A stretch of 64,000 bases of DNA. It comes from an uncultured Candidatus Saccharibacteria bacterium. GTDB taxonomy: Bacteria; Patescibacteriota; Saccharimonadia; Saccharimonadales; EFPC-124. Positions 16,103 through 25,915 of this stretch are shown one piece after another. Where the stretch lies: the NCBI GenBank assembly GCA_964447105.1, contig CAYURH010000001.1:3139-67138 (forward strand), written 5' to 3'. Below the pieces are notes generated by a model. It saw only the letters and a program-made list of their open reading frames with translations. It was not told where the DNA came from and searched no databases. Position 1 is the stretch's first letter. Every line of letters starts with the position of its first letter. Both the position numbers and the translations under genes were made by a program.

Positions 16103-17731
16103 ATGCAAGTGTTGAAGTTCGTTTTTCGCAATCTAGATCACTTTAGAGCTCGGTTTCTTGGCCTGATCTGCCTGGGATTTATACATGGCATAACGTATTT
16201 TTTGATACCTACCGCTCTGGCCGAATTTACCAAGCACCCCATTACAACTCAAAGTGCCACGCAGTTGATCGCAATTGTGGCTGGTCTCTATATTTTTGAT
16301 TTGTGCAATTCGTGGGTGATTCGCAACCATGGTGAAGCCCTGATTTTTCAATTTAGCAACTACATCCGCGAAAAGTTATTCAAGCGTTATGAACACTTAA
16401 CTACAGAGCAGATGCACACCCACCATTCTGGCTACGTCTTGTCGCTTACCAACAAAGTAGCCGATAAGCTAGACAGCATATTGATGGGGCTTATGTGGAA
16501 CATTAGCGCAGGGTTTGCCGTTCTTTTACTATTTTTCTACTTTACCTTTAAAGAATCGCCGCTTTTAGCTATTGGAAACGTGGCTATCCTGACTATCTTT
16601 GTGGTGGTTAGCAGCAGACTGGCTCGAACTATGGTGCCTATGGCAGCCGAACAAAACGTGCGCCGCGCTACTTTGCTATCTAGCTATGCGGATTTTATGG
16701 CCAATATAATGACCATCAAAAAATTAGGCATTCACCCATTTGCTGAACGTAAAGTACGCAAACAAACTGCACGTTTGGACGCACAGATCCGCACCGTCCA
16801 AAGATTCCATGGTAACCGATGGTTTATGCTACATAGTTTGTTTGGACTGGCGTTTGTGGGCACTATTGGCCTGTTGGTATGGAGTATTTCTGCGGGTGGG
16901 GTGAGTCCATCGATACTTATTTTGTTTATTAGCGCGTACGGCACATTACGTGGGCTTGTCGAACGTCTGTCCGAAGATATAAAAGACTACATGGACACGG
17001 GCGCATACCTTCGCCAGCTTGATGATATTTTGCAGCAACCCACTGGCGTTGATCAGAAAAAACTCAAAGCCTGGAAAACTATCGAGCTGCGCGATGTCGC
17101 CTTTACCTACAAAGACGGCAGTCACCGCGTGACAATCCCCAACTTTACATTGCACAGCGGTAACAAAGTCTGCATCACCGGCCCGTCTGGCCAGGGCAAA
17201 AGCACTTTCCTAAACCTGCTCACCAACCAGCTAACCCCACAGGAAGGTGTGCGAACTATCAACGGACACTCCTTTGATGAGATGTCTGAATTGCTGAGTC
17301 AAAACACAGCGGTGATCGCTCAAGACGTGGATTTATTTAATGTATCTGTGCGCGAAAACCTAACGCTCGGCCAGACTATAGTCGACGATACGCTTGTAGT
17401 GTACATAAAAGCTATGGGACTACAAGATTGGTACAAAAGCCTCAAACACGGGCTGGACACCGTGGTGGGCGAAAAAGGCACTACACTTTCGGCCGGCCAA
17501 AAGCAGCGGCTCAATATTTTGCGCGGCCTGCTACTGAATCGCCAGATATACATCCTCGATGAGCCCACGTCACACCTAGATGATGCTACCGAAAAACTGG
17601 TTGTTGATTTCCTGAAGCGTGAGCTCAAAGACAAAACAGTGGTGGTAGTAACACATCGTCCCGCACTGCGTGATATTTGCGACACTGAATACGTGATGAA
17701 TAACCATACGCTCGAGCCCGCAAAGCGCTAA
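16103..17731 (+). CDS. ABC transporter, fused permease and ATP-binding protein (exporter type)
   Basis: Six-TM N-terminal half, Walker A GPSGQGKST, signature LSAGQKQR, Walker B ILDEPTSHLD. The start is set at the internal ATG (MQVLKF) to avoid overlap with the opposite-strand gene. Confidence 0.85.
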   Translation: MQVLKFVFRNLDHFRARFLGLICLGFIHGITYFLIPTALAEFTKHPITTQSATQLIAIVAGLYIFDLCNSWVIRNHGEALIFQFSNYIREKLFKRYEHLTTEQMHTHHSGYVLSLTNKVADKLDSILMGLMWNISAGFAVLLLFFYFTFKESPLLAIGNVAILTIFVVVSSRLARTMVPMAAEQNVRRATLLSSYADFMANIMTIKKLGIHPFAERKVRKQTARLDAQIRTVQRFHGNRWFMLHSLFGLAFVGTIGLLVWSISAGGVSPSILILFISAYGTLRGLVERLSEDIKDYMDTGAYLRQLDDILQQPTGVDQKKLKAWKTIELRDVAFTYKDGSHRVTIPNFTLHSGNKVCITGPSGQGKSTFLNLLTNQLTPQEGVRTINGHSFDEMSELLSQNTAVIAQDVDLFNVSVRENLTLGQTIVDDTLVVYIKAMGLQDWYKSLKHGLDTVVGEKGTTLSAGQKQRLNILRGLLLNRQIYILDEPTSHLDDATEKLVVDFLKRELKDKTVVVVTHRPALRDICDTEYVMNNHTLEPAKR

Positions 17732-19749
17732 TTAAGGCTGGTCAAGCGACGATAACGGCCGACACGGTTGCTCAGACGCGCGCTCAACAATTCATTGTCT
17801 TGGACTAGTTTTTGGGCGGCGGACTGCACTCGCTTGAGCAACTTGGTGTCAGCCAAGTTTACAAATGTCAGATCCAACGCGCCGTGCTGCATGCGACCAT
17901 AAATCTCGCCAGGGCCGCGCAGCTTTAGATCCACTTCAGCCAAATAGAAGCCATCGTTGGAGCTCTCAAGTTCGCGCAAGCGCTGACTGACAGATTGCGC
18001 AGTCGACGGGACCAGGTAGCAATAACTCTGCTCGCTCCCCCGCCCCACTCGACCACGCAGCTGATGTAGCTGGGCCAGGCCAAACCTATCAGCGCCTTCG
18101 ATAAGCATGACAGTGGCGTTGGGCACATCCACACCCACTTCTACTACAGTGGTGGCGACGACTATATCGATGTCGTGCTGTTTGAATTGTCGCATGACCG
18201 CTTCTTTTTCGGCTGGCTTCATTTGACCGTGGAGCACACCCACACGGCGATGTTTGAAGATAGATTTTTGCAGGCGATCGTATTCGATTTCTACGCTTTT
18301 GAGTTCGGCATTGGCGCCCAGCGTGATGACCGGACAGACCACGTAGGCTTGGTGTCCTGCTTTGATCTGTGTATCGATTTTGGTGTACACGGTGTGACGA
18401 GCGCTGGGTGTGACCACGTGAGTGGCAATGGGTTGTCGGCCTTTGGGCAGTTCGTCCAATATCGATACTTCCAGTTCGCCAAAAACCGTCAACTGTAGAC
18501 TGCGCGGAATGGGCGTGGCCGTCATGCTAAGCAAGTGCGGCATGCGAGCACTACGCGTCAGCAGCTCGGCACGTTGACGCACACCAAAGCGATGCTGCTC
18601 GTCGATAACTACCAGCCCAAGTTTGGCAAAGTCACTATCACGCTGGATCAACGCGTGAGTGCCGACCACTACAGCCACTTCGCCGGCGGCCACGCGTTGC
18701 TTTAGCTCTTCTTTGGCCTTCGATTTGGTCGACCCTACAAGCAATGCCACCGATATACCCATAGGTTCCAGTATGCTTGCCAATGTAGCCGCATGTTGCG
18801 TGGCCAAAATCTCAGTAGGCGCCATAAATGCCGTCTGAAACCCGCTGCGCGCCGCCATAAATGCTGCCATAGCAGCCACAACTGTTTTGCCGGAACCCAC
18901 GTCGCCTTGCAACAAACGGCTCATGGGTGCGCCATCATCAAAGTTGAGGAAAATCTCCCATGCAGCGCGTTTCTGCGCGCCAGTCAGTTTAAATGGCAAA
19001 CGATCCACAAATTGACGTGCCGCCACAGGGTTGAATGGAATTTTCCAGCCCTGCTGCGCCGCCTGATCTTGTTTGTTTAGTTGACTGGCCAGCAGCAATG
19101 CCAACAATTCTTCGAAAGCAATGCGCTGCTTGGCCCGTTCTAACTGATCACTGGTTTCTGGGAAGTGGATCGTCTGCAATGTTTGATTGAGCGCGGGCAG
19201 CTTTTCGCGTTTCACCAGTTCGGGCGGTAGCGTTTCGGGCAGCGCATCGATAATGGGCAATACTTCTTTGATAATTTTGCGCAGCTGGTGTGATTTGAGC
19301 CCTTTGGTTTCCGGATAAATTGGCACGATGCGCGCCGTGCTCACACCCACATTCGCAGTCAGTTCGGTTGATGGGTTTTGCAGCACATAGCGATTGCGAC
19401 TCAGGTCGTAGGTGCCAGAAAAATAATATTCCTGACCACTGGCCATCTGCTCGGCGCGATACGGCTGGTTAAACCACACGGCACGTGTTTTGGCGGTACC
19501 GTCAGCCAAAATCGCTTCAGTAATATGCATGCGGCGTCGCACATAGCGGCCAGTTACCGATTCGACCCGAGCTTTCACCGTGACTTTGCCCGGATGAATC
19601 TCGGCAATCGGCATTACCTGAGAAAAATCTTCATACCGGCGCGGAAAAAAATAGATCAAATCTTGCACCGTCACAACACCAAGCGCCGCCAAGCGCTCAG
19701 CCAGCGCTGCCCCAACGCCTTTGATCGTCGTTACGGGCTGCTCTAGCAC
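17728..19749 (-). CDS. recG: ATP-dependent DNA helicase RecG
   Basis: 673 aa with a wedge domain and SF2 helicase motifs (GDVGSGKT, DEQHRFG). Confidence 0.95.
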   Translation of the reverse strand: MLEQPVTTIKGVGAALAERLAALGVVTVQDLIYFFPRRYEDFSQVMPIAEIHPGKVTVKARVESVTGRYVRRRMHITEAILADGTAKTRAVWFNQPYRAEQMASGQEYYFSGTYDLSRNRYVLQNPSTELTANVGVSTARIVPIYPETKGLKSHQLRKIIKEVLPIIDALPETLPPELVKREKLPALNQTLQTIHFPETSDQLERAKQRIAFEELLALLLASQLNKQDQAAQQGWKIPFNPVAARQFVDRLPFKLTGAQKRAAWEIFLNFDDGAPMSRLLQGDVGSGKTVVAAMAAFMAARSGFQTAFMAPTEILATQHAATLASILEPMGISVALLVGSTKSKAKEELKQRVAAGEVAVVVGTHALIQRDSDFAKLGLVVIDEQHRFGVRQRAELLTRSARMPHLLSMTATPIPRSLQLTVFGELEVSILDELPKGRQPIATHVVTPSARHTVYTKIDTQIKAGHQAYVVCPVITLGANAELKSVEIEYDRLQKSIFKHRRVGVLHGQMKPAEKEAVMRQFKQHDIDIVVATTVVEVGVDVPNATVMLIEGADRFGLAQLHQLRGRVGRGSEQSYCYLVPSTAQSVSQRLRELESSNDGFYLAEVDLKLRGPGEIYGRMQHGALDLTFVNLADTKLLKRVQSAAQKLVQDNELLSARLSNRVGRYRRLTSLN

Positions 19750-19758
19750 AACACCACC

Positions 19759-20469
19759 CTAGTCCATGCCGAGATAGTCAAACGCAAAATGCGACAGTGC
19801 GCAAAACGCGGCCACAGTCTCTGCATCCGCCTCAACGCTATCCGTATAGTCTCCCAATACATCACCTTCTCCCTCGTCATATTTGCGACATACTTTCGCA
19901 TCTCGTGTGAGCATGGGCACTCCGTCATCGCCCACCCGTATACCCAGCATCCTATGAGATATTATATCGGAGAAACTGTCGTAACCCCGCGACCCTACTA
20001 CTGTAAAGCTAAGAGCAGTTCTCGTCGTTTCATTCAACGCCACGAGCCACAATTCATCAATCGCTCCTGAAAGAGATGCAGAATTAATGTGCATTTTCAT
20101 GTCAGGATCGGGTGGTGCAGAAAGGGCATCGAGGCTCATTTTATCGGCTACCGACATCCAATCACTATCATCACCGTCTACAAGCGACATTTTAAACCGA
20201 TGATTTGCAAAATCTGTAGGTATAGGAGCAGCGGTTTTTAAACTACCGTCGGGTAGCCCAAGAGCTTCTAGGGCTTTCACAATGAAGTCAATATCAGGAT
20301 TGCTCGAGAGCCTATTGCCTCGCCCATCTTTGAGTAGAGCTACGGGCACGGTGGCAAAATCACCACCCTGCAGTGTTTCTACCGCAAACCGTGCAGCCTC
20401 GACAATACCGACGCCCCGGGGGCGCTTGTTGGGGTTTGAGTCTGGGTTCGGTCCAAGAACATCAATCAT
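19759..20469 (-). CDS. hypothetical protein
   Basis: About 236 aa starting MIDVLGPNPD. No family recognised. Confidence 0.45.
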   Translation of the reverse strand: MIDVLGPNPDSNPNKRPRGVGIVEAARFAVETLQGGDFATVPVALLKDGRGNRLSSNPDIDFIVKALEALGLPDGSLKTAAPIPTDFANHRFKMSLVDGDDSDWMSVADKMSLDALSAPPDPDMKMHINSASLSGAIDELWLVALNETTRTALSFTVVGSRGYDSFSDIISHRMLGIRVGDDGVPMLTRDAKVCRKYDEGEGDVLGDYTDSVEADAETVAAFCALSHFAFDYLGMD

Positions 20470-20505
20470 GCAACGACTATACCCTCCTGTCAAACCTTGC
20501 GCAAG

Positions 20506-21690
20506 CTAAACCAACTTGACAAAACGGCGTTTGCCAACCTGGAGTAGATCACCTGTGGTGACTCGCACGTGTGGTGTAGTGATTTTTTGTTGGTTCAGCC
20601 TGACGCCACCTTGATCGTACAAGCGTGACGCTTCAGATTTGCTTGCAGCCAGGCCAGCCTGAACTAACAGGTCGGTCACAGCGTACTCGCCGGGCTTCAC
20701 GGCTACAGTGGGCGCGCCCTCGCCACCACTAAACAAGTCAGTGGTAGCTTGGCGGGCGGCATCGGCCTGCTCGGCGCCGTGCACCAGTTTGGTCACTTCG
20801 TAGGCAAGAGTTTTTTGGGCTAAGCGTTCAGCTGGGTCCTTCACAAATTGAGCCATCACGTCATCAATATGTTTTTTGTCGAGCAAAGTAAAAATCTTTA
20901 GGTAGTCTTCAACCCCAGCGTCTTCCAGGTTTAGCCAAAACTGGTAAAAATCGAACACACTGGTGCGTGCAGCATCGAGCCACACCGCGCCGGCTTCGGA
21001 TTTACCAAATTTTTTGCCAGTGACTTTGTTGACGATAAGCGGGCAAGAGTACACGTGGGCTTCAGCTCCTTCGAGCTTGCGAATCATTTCTACACCCGAT
21101 AGGCTGTTGCCCCACTGGTCGGCGCCGCAAATCTGTAGCGTTACGCCATGTTTACGGAACAAGTGCAGGAAATCGTAGCCCTGGATCAGCGAGTAGCTAA
21201 ACTCAGCGTAGCTCAAGCCTTTGCCACCCTTGCCTATACGCGACTGCACAAAATCTCGCTGCAGAAGTTGGGTCATGGAAAAATGTTTGCCAATGTCGCG
21301 CAAAAATGTCAGGTAGTTCATATCCTTGAACCAGTCGTAGTTGTCGACAATGGTAAATTGCTGGCCAGCGAACACCTGTTTGTACTGCGCCGTTACACCA
21401 GCTTTGTTTTTGGCGATTTGCTCTAGGCTTTGTAGTTGGCGCTCCTCGTCCTTGCCGTCCGGATCACCAATCATGCCCGTGGCACCGCCCACCAGCAACA
21501 CCGGTTTGTGGCCATGGTCGATAAAATGACGCACCATCATAGCAGCCGCCAGGTTGCCAATAGTCATAGAATCAGCGCTGGGATCAACACCCCAGTAAAA
21601 CGTCATTTTGCGAGTATCAAGTTCATGGACGTCGTGCAGTGTGGTCTGGTTTACGAATCCTCGCCACAGCAATTCTTCAGAGAGTGTCAT
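20506..21690 (-). CDS. tyrS: tyrosine--tRNA ligase
   Basis: HIGH-like GHKPVLLVGGATG, KMSKS-like KFGKS, and a C-terminal S4 domain. AAGGAA RBS upstream of the ATG at 21688-21690. Confidence 0.95.
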   Translation of the reverse strand: MTLSEELLWRGFVNQTTLHDVHELDTRKMTFYWGVDPSADSMTIGNLAAAMMVRHFIDHGHKPVLLVGGATGMIGDPDGKDEERQLQSLEQIAKNKAGVTAQYKQVFAGQQFTIVDNYDWFKDMNYLTFLRDIGKHFSMTQLLQRDFVQSRIGKGGKGLSYAEFSYSLIQGYDFLHLFRKHGVTLQICGADQWGNSLSGVEMIRKLEGAEAHVYSCPLIVNKVTGKKFGKSEAGAVWLDAARTSVFDFYQFWLNLEDAGVEDYLKIFTLLDKKHIDDVMAQFVKDPAERLAQKTLAYEVTKLVHGAEQADAARQATTDLFSGGEGAPTVAVKPGEYAVTDLLVQAGLAASKSEASRLYDQGGVRLNQQKITTPHVRVTTGDLLQVGKRRFVKLV

Positions 21691-21873
21691 TATAGTTCCT
21701 TTGATTATCTTTAATAAATTCGCGTAGGCGATGTATACAGATAATCTGTGTGTTTGTGTGCAATATTCATCTGTTCTACTCTGTAGACAGATTATAGCCA
21801 AAAAGTCTTGCCGTGGATAGTTGCATGCTATAATAAGAAAGATTTTTATAAGACGTGGGAGTAGGTATAACGA

Positions 21874-24582
21874 ATGGCAAACAAGTCGAACAAGCGTTCG
21901 AAAGGCCTCAGTGTATATGCTAATTTGGTGGCACGCCGCAAAACAGGCAAAGACGCTCGTGCCCGCCGCAAAGCTGAATATTTAGCAACGCTACCCAAAA
22001 ATCCGGTCAAGCGCTTCTTTTATCGTTTACATCCCAAACGTTTGGCTAAATTCTGGTTTAGCCGCGAAGGGTTCAAAACCGCACTCAAATTACTCGCTGT
22101 AGGCGTCGTAGTGATTGCCGTGTTTATTGCTGCTCTGTTTGCATACTACCGCAAAGAACTGGAAGCGCTCAGCCCTAGCGAACTAGCCAAACGCGTACAA
22201 ACCACTATAAGCCGCTACTACGACCGCAACGGTGAACTGCTATGGGAAGACAAAGGCAACGGCGACTACAAAATGGTGATCGAGTCCAAAGACATCAACG
22301 ACACCATGAAACAAGCCACTATCGCCATCGAGGACAAAGATTTCTACAATCACGGCGGCATTAGCCCGACCGGCCTCATCCGCGCAGCGATCAATGACGT
22401 ATTTGGCGGTGGTAATGTCCAAGGTGCGTCCACCTTGACACAACAGCTCATCAAAAACGTATTCTTCTCTTCAGAAGCTCAGCAAAACCGGTTGGATGTG
22501 TCGCGCAAGATCAAAGAAATGATCTTGGCCGTGGAAGCTGACCGCATGTACTCCAAAGATCAAATCCTCACGCTCTATCTCAACGAAGTACCATATGGTG
22601 GCCCGCGCAACGGTGTAGAATCGGCTGCGCTCGCCTATTTCAACAAGCACACCAAAGACTTGACGTTACCCGAAGCAGCACTGCTCGCTTCGATCCCTCA
22701 GAATCCATCGTACTTCAACCCTTACCGTCTCACACCGGCGAGCACCAAAGCTCTGTTGGCCCGCCAACACGAAGTGCTCAACGACATGGCCGAACAGGGA
22801 TACATCACTCACCAGCAGGCCGATGATGCCGCTAAATATCCCATCCTCGACACTATTCAGCCCGAAATCGCCGCCAACGCCAACATCAAAGCGCCATGGT
22901 TCGTCAAAAAAGTGCAAGACCAACTCGAAAAACAGCTTGGCACGAGCCTAGTCCGCAAAGGTGGCCTCACTATCAAAACCACGCTCGACTGGCGCGTACA
23001 ACAAATCGCCGAACAATCCGTCGCCGAAAACCGCAAACAAATTTTCTCCAACGGCTCGGACGACGTAGCCGTGACATCTATCGACGTACCGACCGGTCAG
23101 GTGCTAGCCATGGTGGGTAGCTACGACTGGAAAGATCCCAACTACGGGCAAGAAAACGCCGCCACTAACCTACTGCAACCAGGTTCTAGTATCAAACCAT
23201 TTATGTACGCCGCTTTACTCAAACCGCACCAGGGCGAAAACTACGGCGCCGGTTCGATACTCCAAGACATTGACCTAAGCAACACACTCTACAAACCCAA
23301 CAAACTGCAAAACGCCGACAATAAATTCTTCGGCCCCATTTCCGTCCGCCGCGGCTTAGCCAACTCGCGCAACCCGCCCGCTGTCGAAGCCGCATACTTA
23401 GCCGGTATCGACAATGCCGTGCAAACGGCTCGTGACGCTGGCGACAAAAGCTATTGCCAAAACGTACAATACGGTCTGTCCGCCGCTATCGGTAGCTGTG
23501 AAGTGCAGCAAGTCGAACACACCGAAGCGTTTGCTACCTTGGGCCGTTTGGGCACCTACAAACCAGTCGCTTACGTACTAGAAGTCAAAAACTCTCAGGG
23601 CCAAAACCTATTCCAATGGAAAGACGATCAAGCCAAACAAGTGATTGATCCGCAGATTGCCTACATCCTCAGTGACATTTTGACCGACCCAGCAGCCCGA
23701 TCAACAGTGTTCGGCGCCAATGGTGTGGTAGGTATGAACATCCCGGGTGTCAAAACAGCCACCAAAACAGGTACCACCGACGACGGTCACGACCACGCCA
23801 AAGAAGGCTGGATGATGAGCTACACCCCACGCATGGCAACTGGCGTATGGGTAGGTCGGCATGACGGTAAACACATCGACCGCGCCAGCAACACCGCGCA
23901 GGGCAACATTGTGCGTGACGTCATGGGCAAAGCCCACACCCAAGTTTTCGCCAAAGACGGCAGCTGGAAAACCGGCGACTGGTTCGCGCAACCAGCCGGT
24001 ATACAAAAACTCAGCATCAACGGCACCACCGACCTGTACCCGTCATGGTTTGTCAAACCAGCCAACAACAACCAAGACGACGTAACCTTCGACAAAGTAT
24101 CCAAGAAAAAAGCTACCGAATGTACCCCTGATGCAGCCAAAATCCAGATCAAACTCACCTACTTCACCGACACAGTCACCGGCAAAAAAACATACAGCGC
24201 ATCCACCGAAGGCTACGACCCCAATGCCACCGACGACGTACACAACTGCAGCGACGCTAAACCGTTTGTGACACTCACTGTTACTCCGGCCGGTCTGAGC
24301 AAATACCACATTTCTGCCAAAGTCGAACAAGGCACATACGCCCTCAGTTCAGTAGACATCGCTGTAAACGGTCAGGCAATATCAAGCCAACCCATCAACA
24401 GCCCTGGTATTTACTCAGTCGACTACACCTTCCCCGCTGGCTCCACCGGTACCAAAGCAAGCATCAGCGCCGTAGCCTACGACCAAGCGCTCTACAGCGG
24501 CAGCGACACCAAATCACAGATCGTCGCCAGTAACGGCAAAAACAAAAACGATGTCGCCCTCCTGGGCCGCCGTGGGTTCTAA
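21874..24582 (+). CDS. penicillin-binding protein 1A family (bifunctional transglycosylase/transpeptidase) with ~250-aa C-terminal extension
   Basis: GT51 motifs (EDKDFYNHGG, GASTLTQQL) and a transpeptidase with SxxK (SSIKPF) and KTGT. Confidence 0.95.
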   Translation: MANKSNKRSKGLSVYANLVARRKTGKDARARRKAEYLATLPKNPVKRFFYRLHPKRLAKFWFSREGFKTALKLLAVGVVVIAVFIAALFAYYRKELEALSPSELAKRVQTTISRYYDRNGELLWEDKGNGDYKMVIESKDINDTMKQATIAIEDKDFYNHGGISPTGLIRAAINDVFGGGNVQGASTLTQQLIKNVFFSSEAQQNRLDVSRKIKEMILAVEADRMYSKDQILTLYLNEVPYGGPRNGVESAALAYFNKHTKDLTLPEAALLASIPQNPSYFNPYRLTPASTKALLARQHEVLNDMAEQGYITHQQADDAAKYPILDTIQPEIAANANIKAPWFVKKVQDQLEKQLGTSLVRKGGLTIKTTLDWRVQQIAEQSVAENRKQIFSNGSDDVAVTSIDVPTGQVLAMVGSYDWKDPNYGQENAATNLLQPGSSIKPFMYAALLKPHQGENYGAGSILQDIDLSNTLYKPNKLQNADNKFFGPISVRRGLANSRNPPAVEAAYLAGIDNAVQTARDAGDKSYCQNVQYGLSAAIGSCEVQQVEHTEAFATLGRLGTYKPVAYVLEVKNSQGQNLFQWKDDQAKQVIDPQIAYILSDILTDPAARSTVFGANGVVGMNIPGVKTATKTGTTDDGHDHAKEGWMMSYTPRMATGVWVGRHDGKHIDRASNTAQGNIVRDVMGKAHTQVFAKDGSWKTGDWFAQPAGIQKLSINGTTDLYPSWFVKPANNNQDDVTFDKVSKKKATECTPDAAKIQIKLTYFTDTVTGKKTYSASTEGYDPNATDDVHNCSDAKPFVTLTVTPAGLSKYHISAKVEQGTYALSSVDIAVNGQAISSQPINSPGIYSVDYTFPAGSTGTKASISAVAYDQALYSGSDTKSQIVASNGKNKNDVALLGRRGF

Positions 24583-24585
24583 CAT

Positions 24586-24993
24586 ATGAAAATTGTGCTC
24601 ATGGCCATAGCCGTCATCCAAAAAGATGACAGTGTGCTACTGCGCAAATTCGACCCCGCCAAGAACCCCTACAAAGAACCGTGGGGGCTCTTCGGTGGAC
24701 GGCTCGAAGGCGACGGCACCGTAACTGATATGCTCAATCGTGAATTGCAAGCCCGCTGGAACATGACCGTACATATAGATCAGCAACTCACATGGGATGA
24801 AGAAGTCAAAACCGATCACGACAGTGAACAGAAACGATTCATCTACCTCGACGCACTCTGTACTCTTGCTTCAGGCGACCCCACACCCGTCAACCCCAAC
24901 GAACTATTGGAATGGGCGACACGAGATAAACTCAAAGACTACCAACACGTCCCACCGGGTGTGAAGTTGTTCAAAAAACTAGGCTACCTCTAG
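24586..24993 (+). CDS. NUDIX-fold protein with degenerate Nudix box
   Basis: GGRLEGDGTVTDMLNRELQARW resembles GX5EX7REUXEE, but the catalytic Glu positions are partly substituted. Confidence 0.45.
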   Translation: MKIVLMAIAVIQKDDSVLLRKFDPAKNPYKEPWGLFGGRLEGDGTVTDMLNRELQARWNMTVHIDQQLTWDEEVKTDHDSEQKRFIYLDALCTLASGDPTPVNPNELLEWATRDKLKDYQHVPPGVKLFKKLGYL

Positions 24994-25006
24994 CGAACAA
25001 TTGCCA

Positions 25007-25900
25007 CTATTTTGCGTCGACAGGGCGCTGCTGTTGTGTCTGCGGTTTGCGACGAGCGTGATACGCGCGCATAGGACGAGGTTGGGCGCGATTTGCTTGC
25101 GTCTGCTGGTTGGTACTGGTACCGTTCGCAGCATTGATCATGCGCTGCTCGGGCGAAACATTGGATGGACGCGCAGGACGCTCCTGCGGGCGCGACTGCT
25201 GTTTCTGTACTGGTTGTTGCTGTTGGTGATGCTGCTGTACTTGTTCGGGTTGCGCTGGCTTGGGTGCGTTGGCGGGCAATACGGCAAACATCATCTTGCC
25301 GGCTTGAGTCTGTAGCATGCGGCTAAATTCTACTTGGATACGCTGGCCCACCATGTGAGCGGCTTTTTCGACCACCACCATAGTGCCGTCTTCGAGGTAA
25401 CCCACGCCTTGGGTTTTGTCTTGGCCTACCTGAGTAATTTTGAGTTCGATTCGTTCGCCAGGCAAACGTTGAGGGCGCAGAGCGTGCGCTAATTCGTTGA
25501 CATTAAGTACGGTCACACCTTCAATCTGGGCAACTTTGTTCAGGTTGTAGTCGGTCGTGTAGAGCATGCCGCCGTGCAGTTTGGCGAGGGCAATCAGTTT
25601 GTCGTCGACTTCTTTAACAGCGGGAAATTGTTCGCGCGCGATTACCACCGTGGTGCGGCGCAAATCTTGCAGGTTGCGGATCACATCCAGACCAAACCGG
25701 GCACGCTCGCGCTTCATGCTGTCGCCGTTGTCGGCTAAATATTGCAGCTCGGCAATCACAAACTGTGGCACCACTAAACGCTTGGTTGCAAAACCAGCTT
25801 TGGCGATATCAAGGATACGGCCGTCAATAAGTGAGCATGTGTCGAGAATCATCGAACGTTCACTATCCGACGGGCGTTTCTTCTTTTTAAATGGATTCAT
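25007..25900 (-). CDS. PIN/TRAM domain protein (YacL-like) with Q/P-rich low-complexity C-terminus
   Basis: N-terminal PIN domain (ILDTCSLIDGRI) and a TRAM-like domain (VGYLEDGTMVVV). It lies downstream of radA, as yacL does in Firmicutes. Confidence 0.7.
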   Translation of the reverse strand: MNPFKKKKRPSDSERSMILDTCSLIDGRILDIAKAGFATKRLVVPQFVIAELQYLADNGDSMKRERARFGLDVIRNLQDLRRTTVVIAREQFPAVKEVDDKLIALAKLHGGMLYTTDYNLNKVAQIEGVTVLNVNELAHALRPQRLPGERIELKITQVGQDKTQGVGYLEDGTMVVVEKAAHMVGQRIQVEFSRMLQTQAGKMMFAVLPANAPKPAQPEQVQQHHQQQQPVQKQQSRPQERPARPSNVSPEQRMINAANGTSTNQQTQANRAQPRPMRAYHARRKPQTQQQRPVDAK

Positions 25901-25915
25901 CTGACTCCTTAGGAA

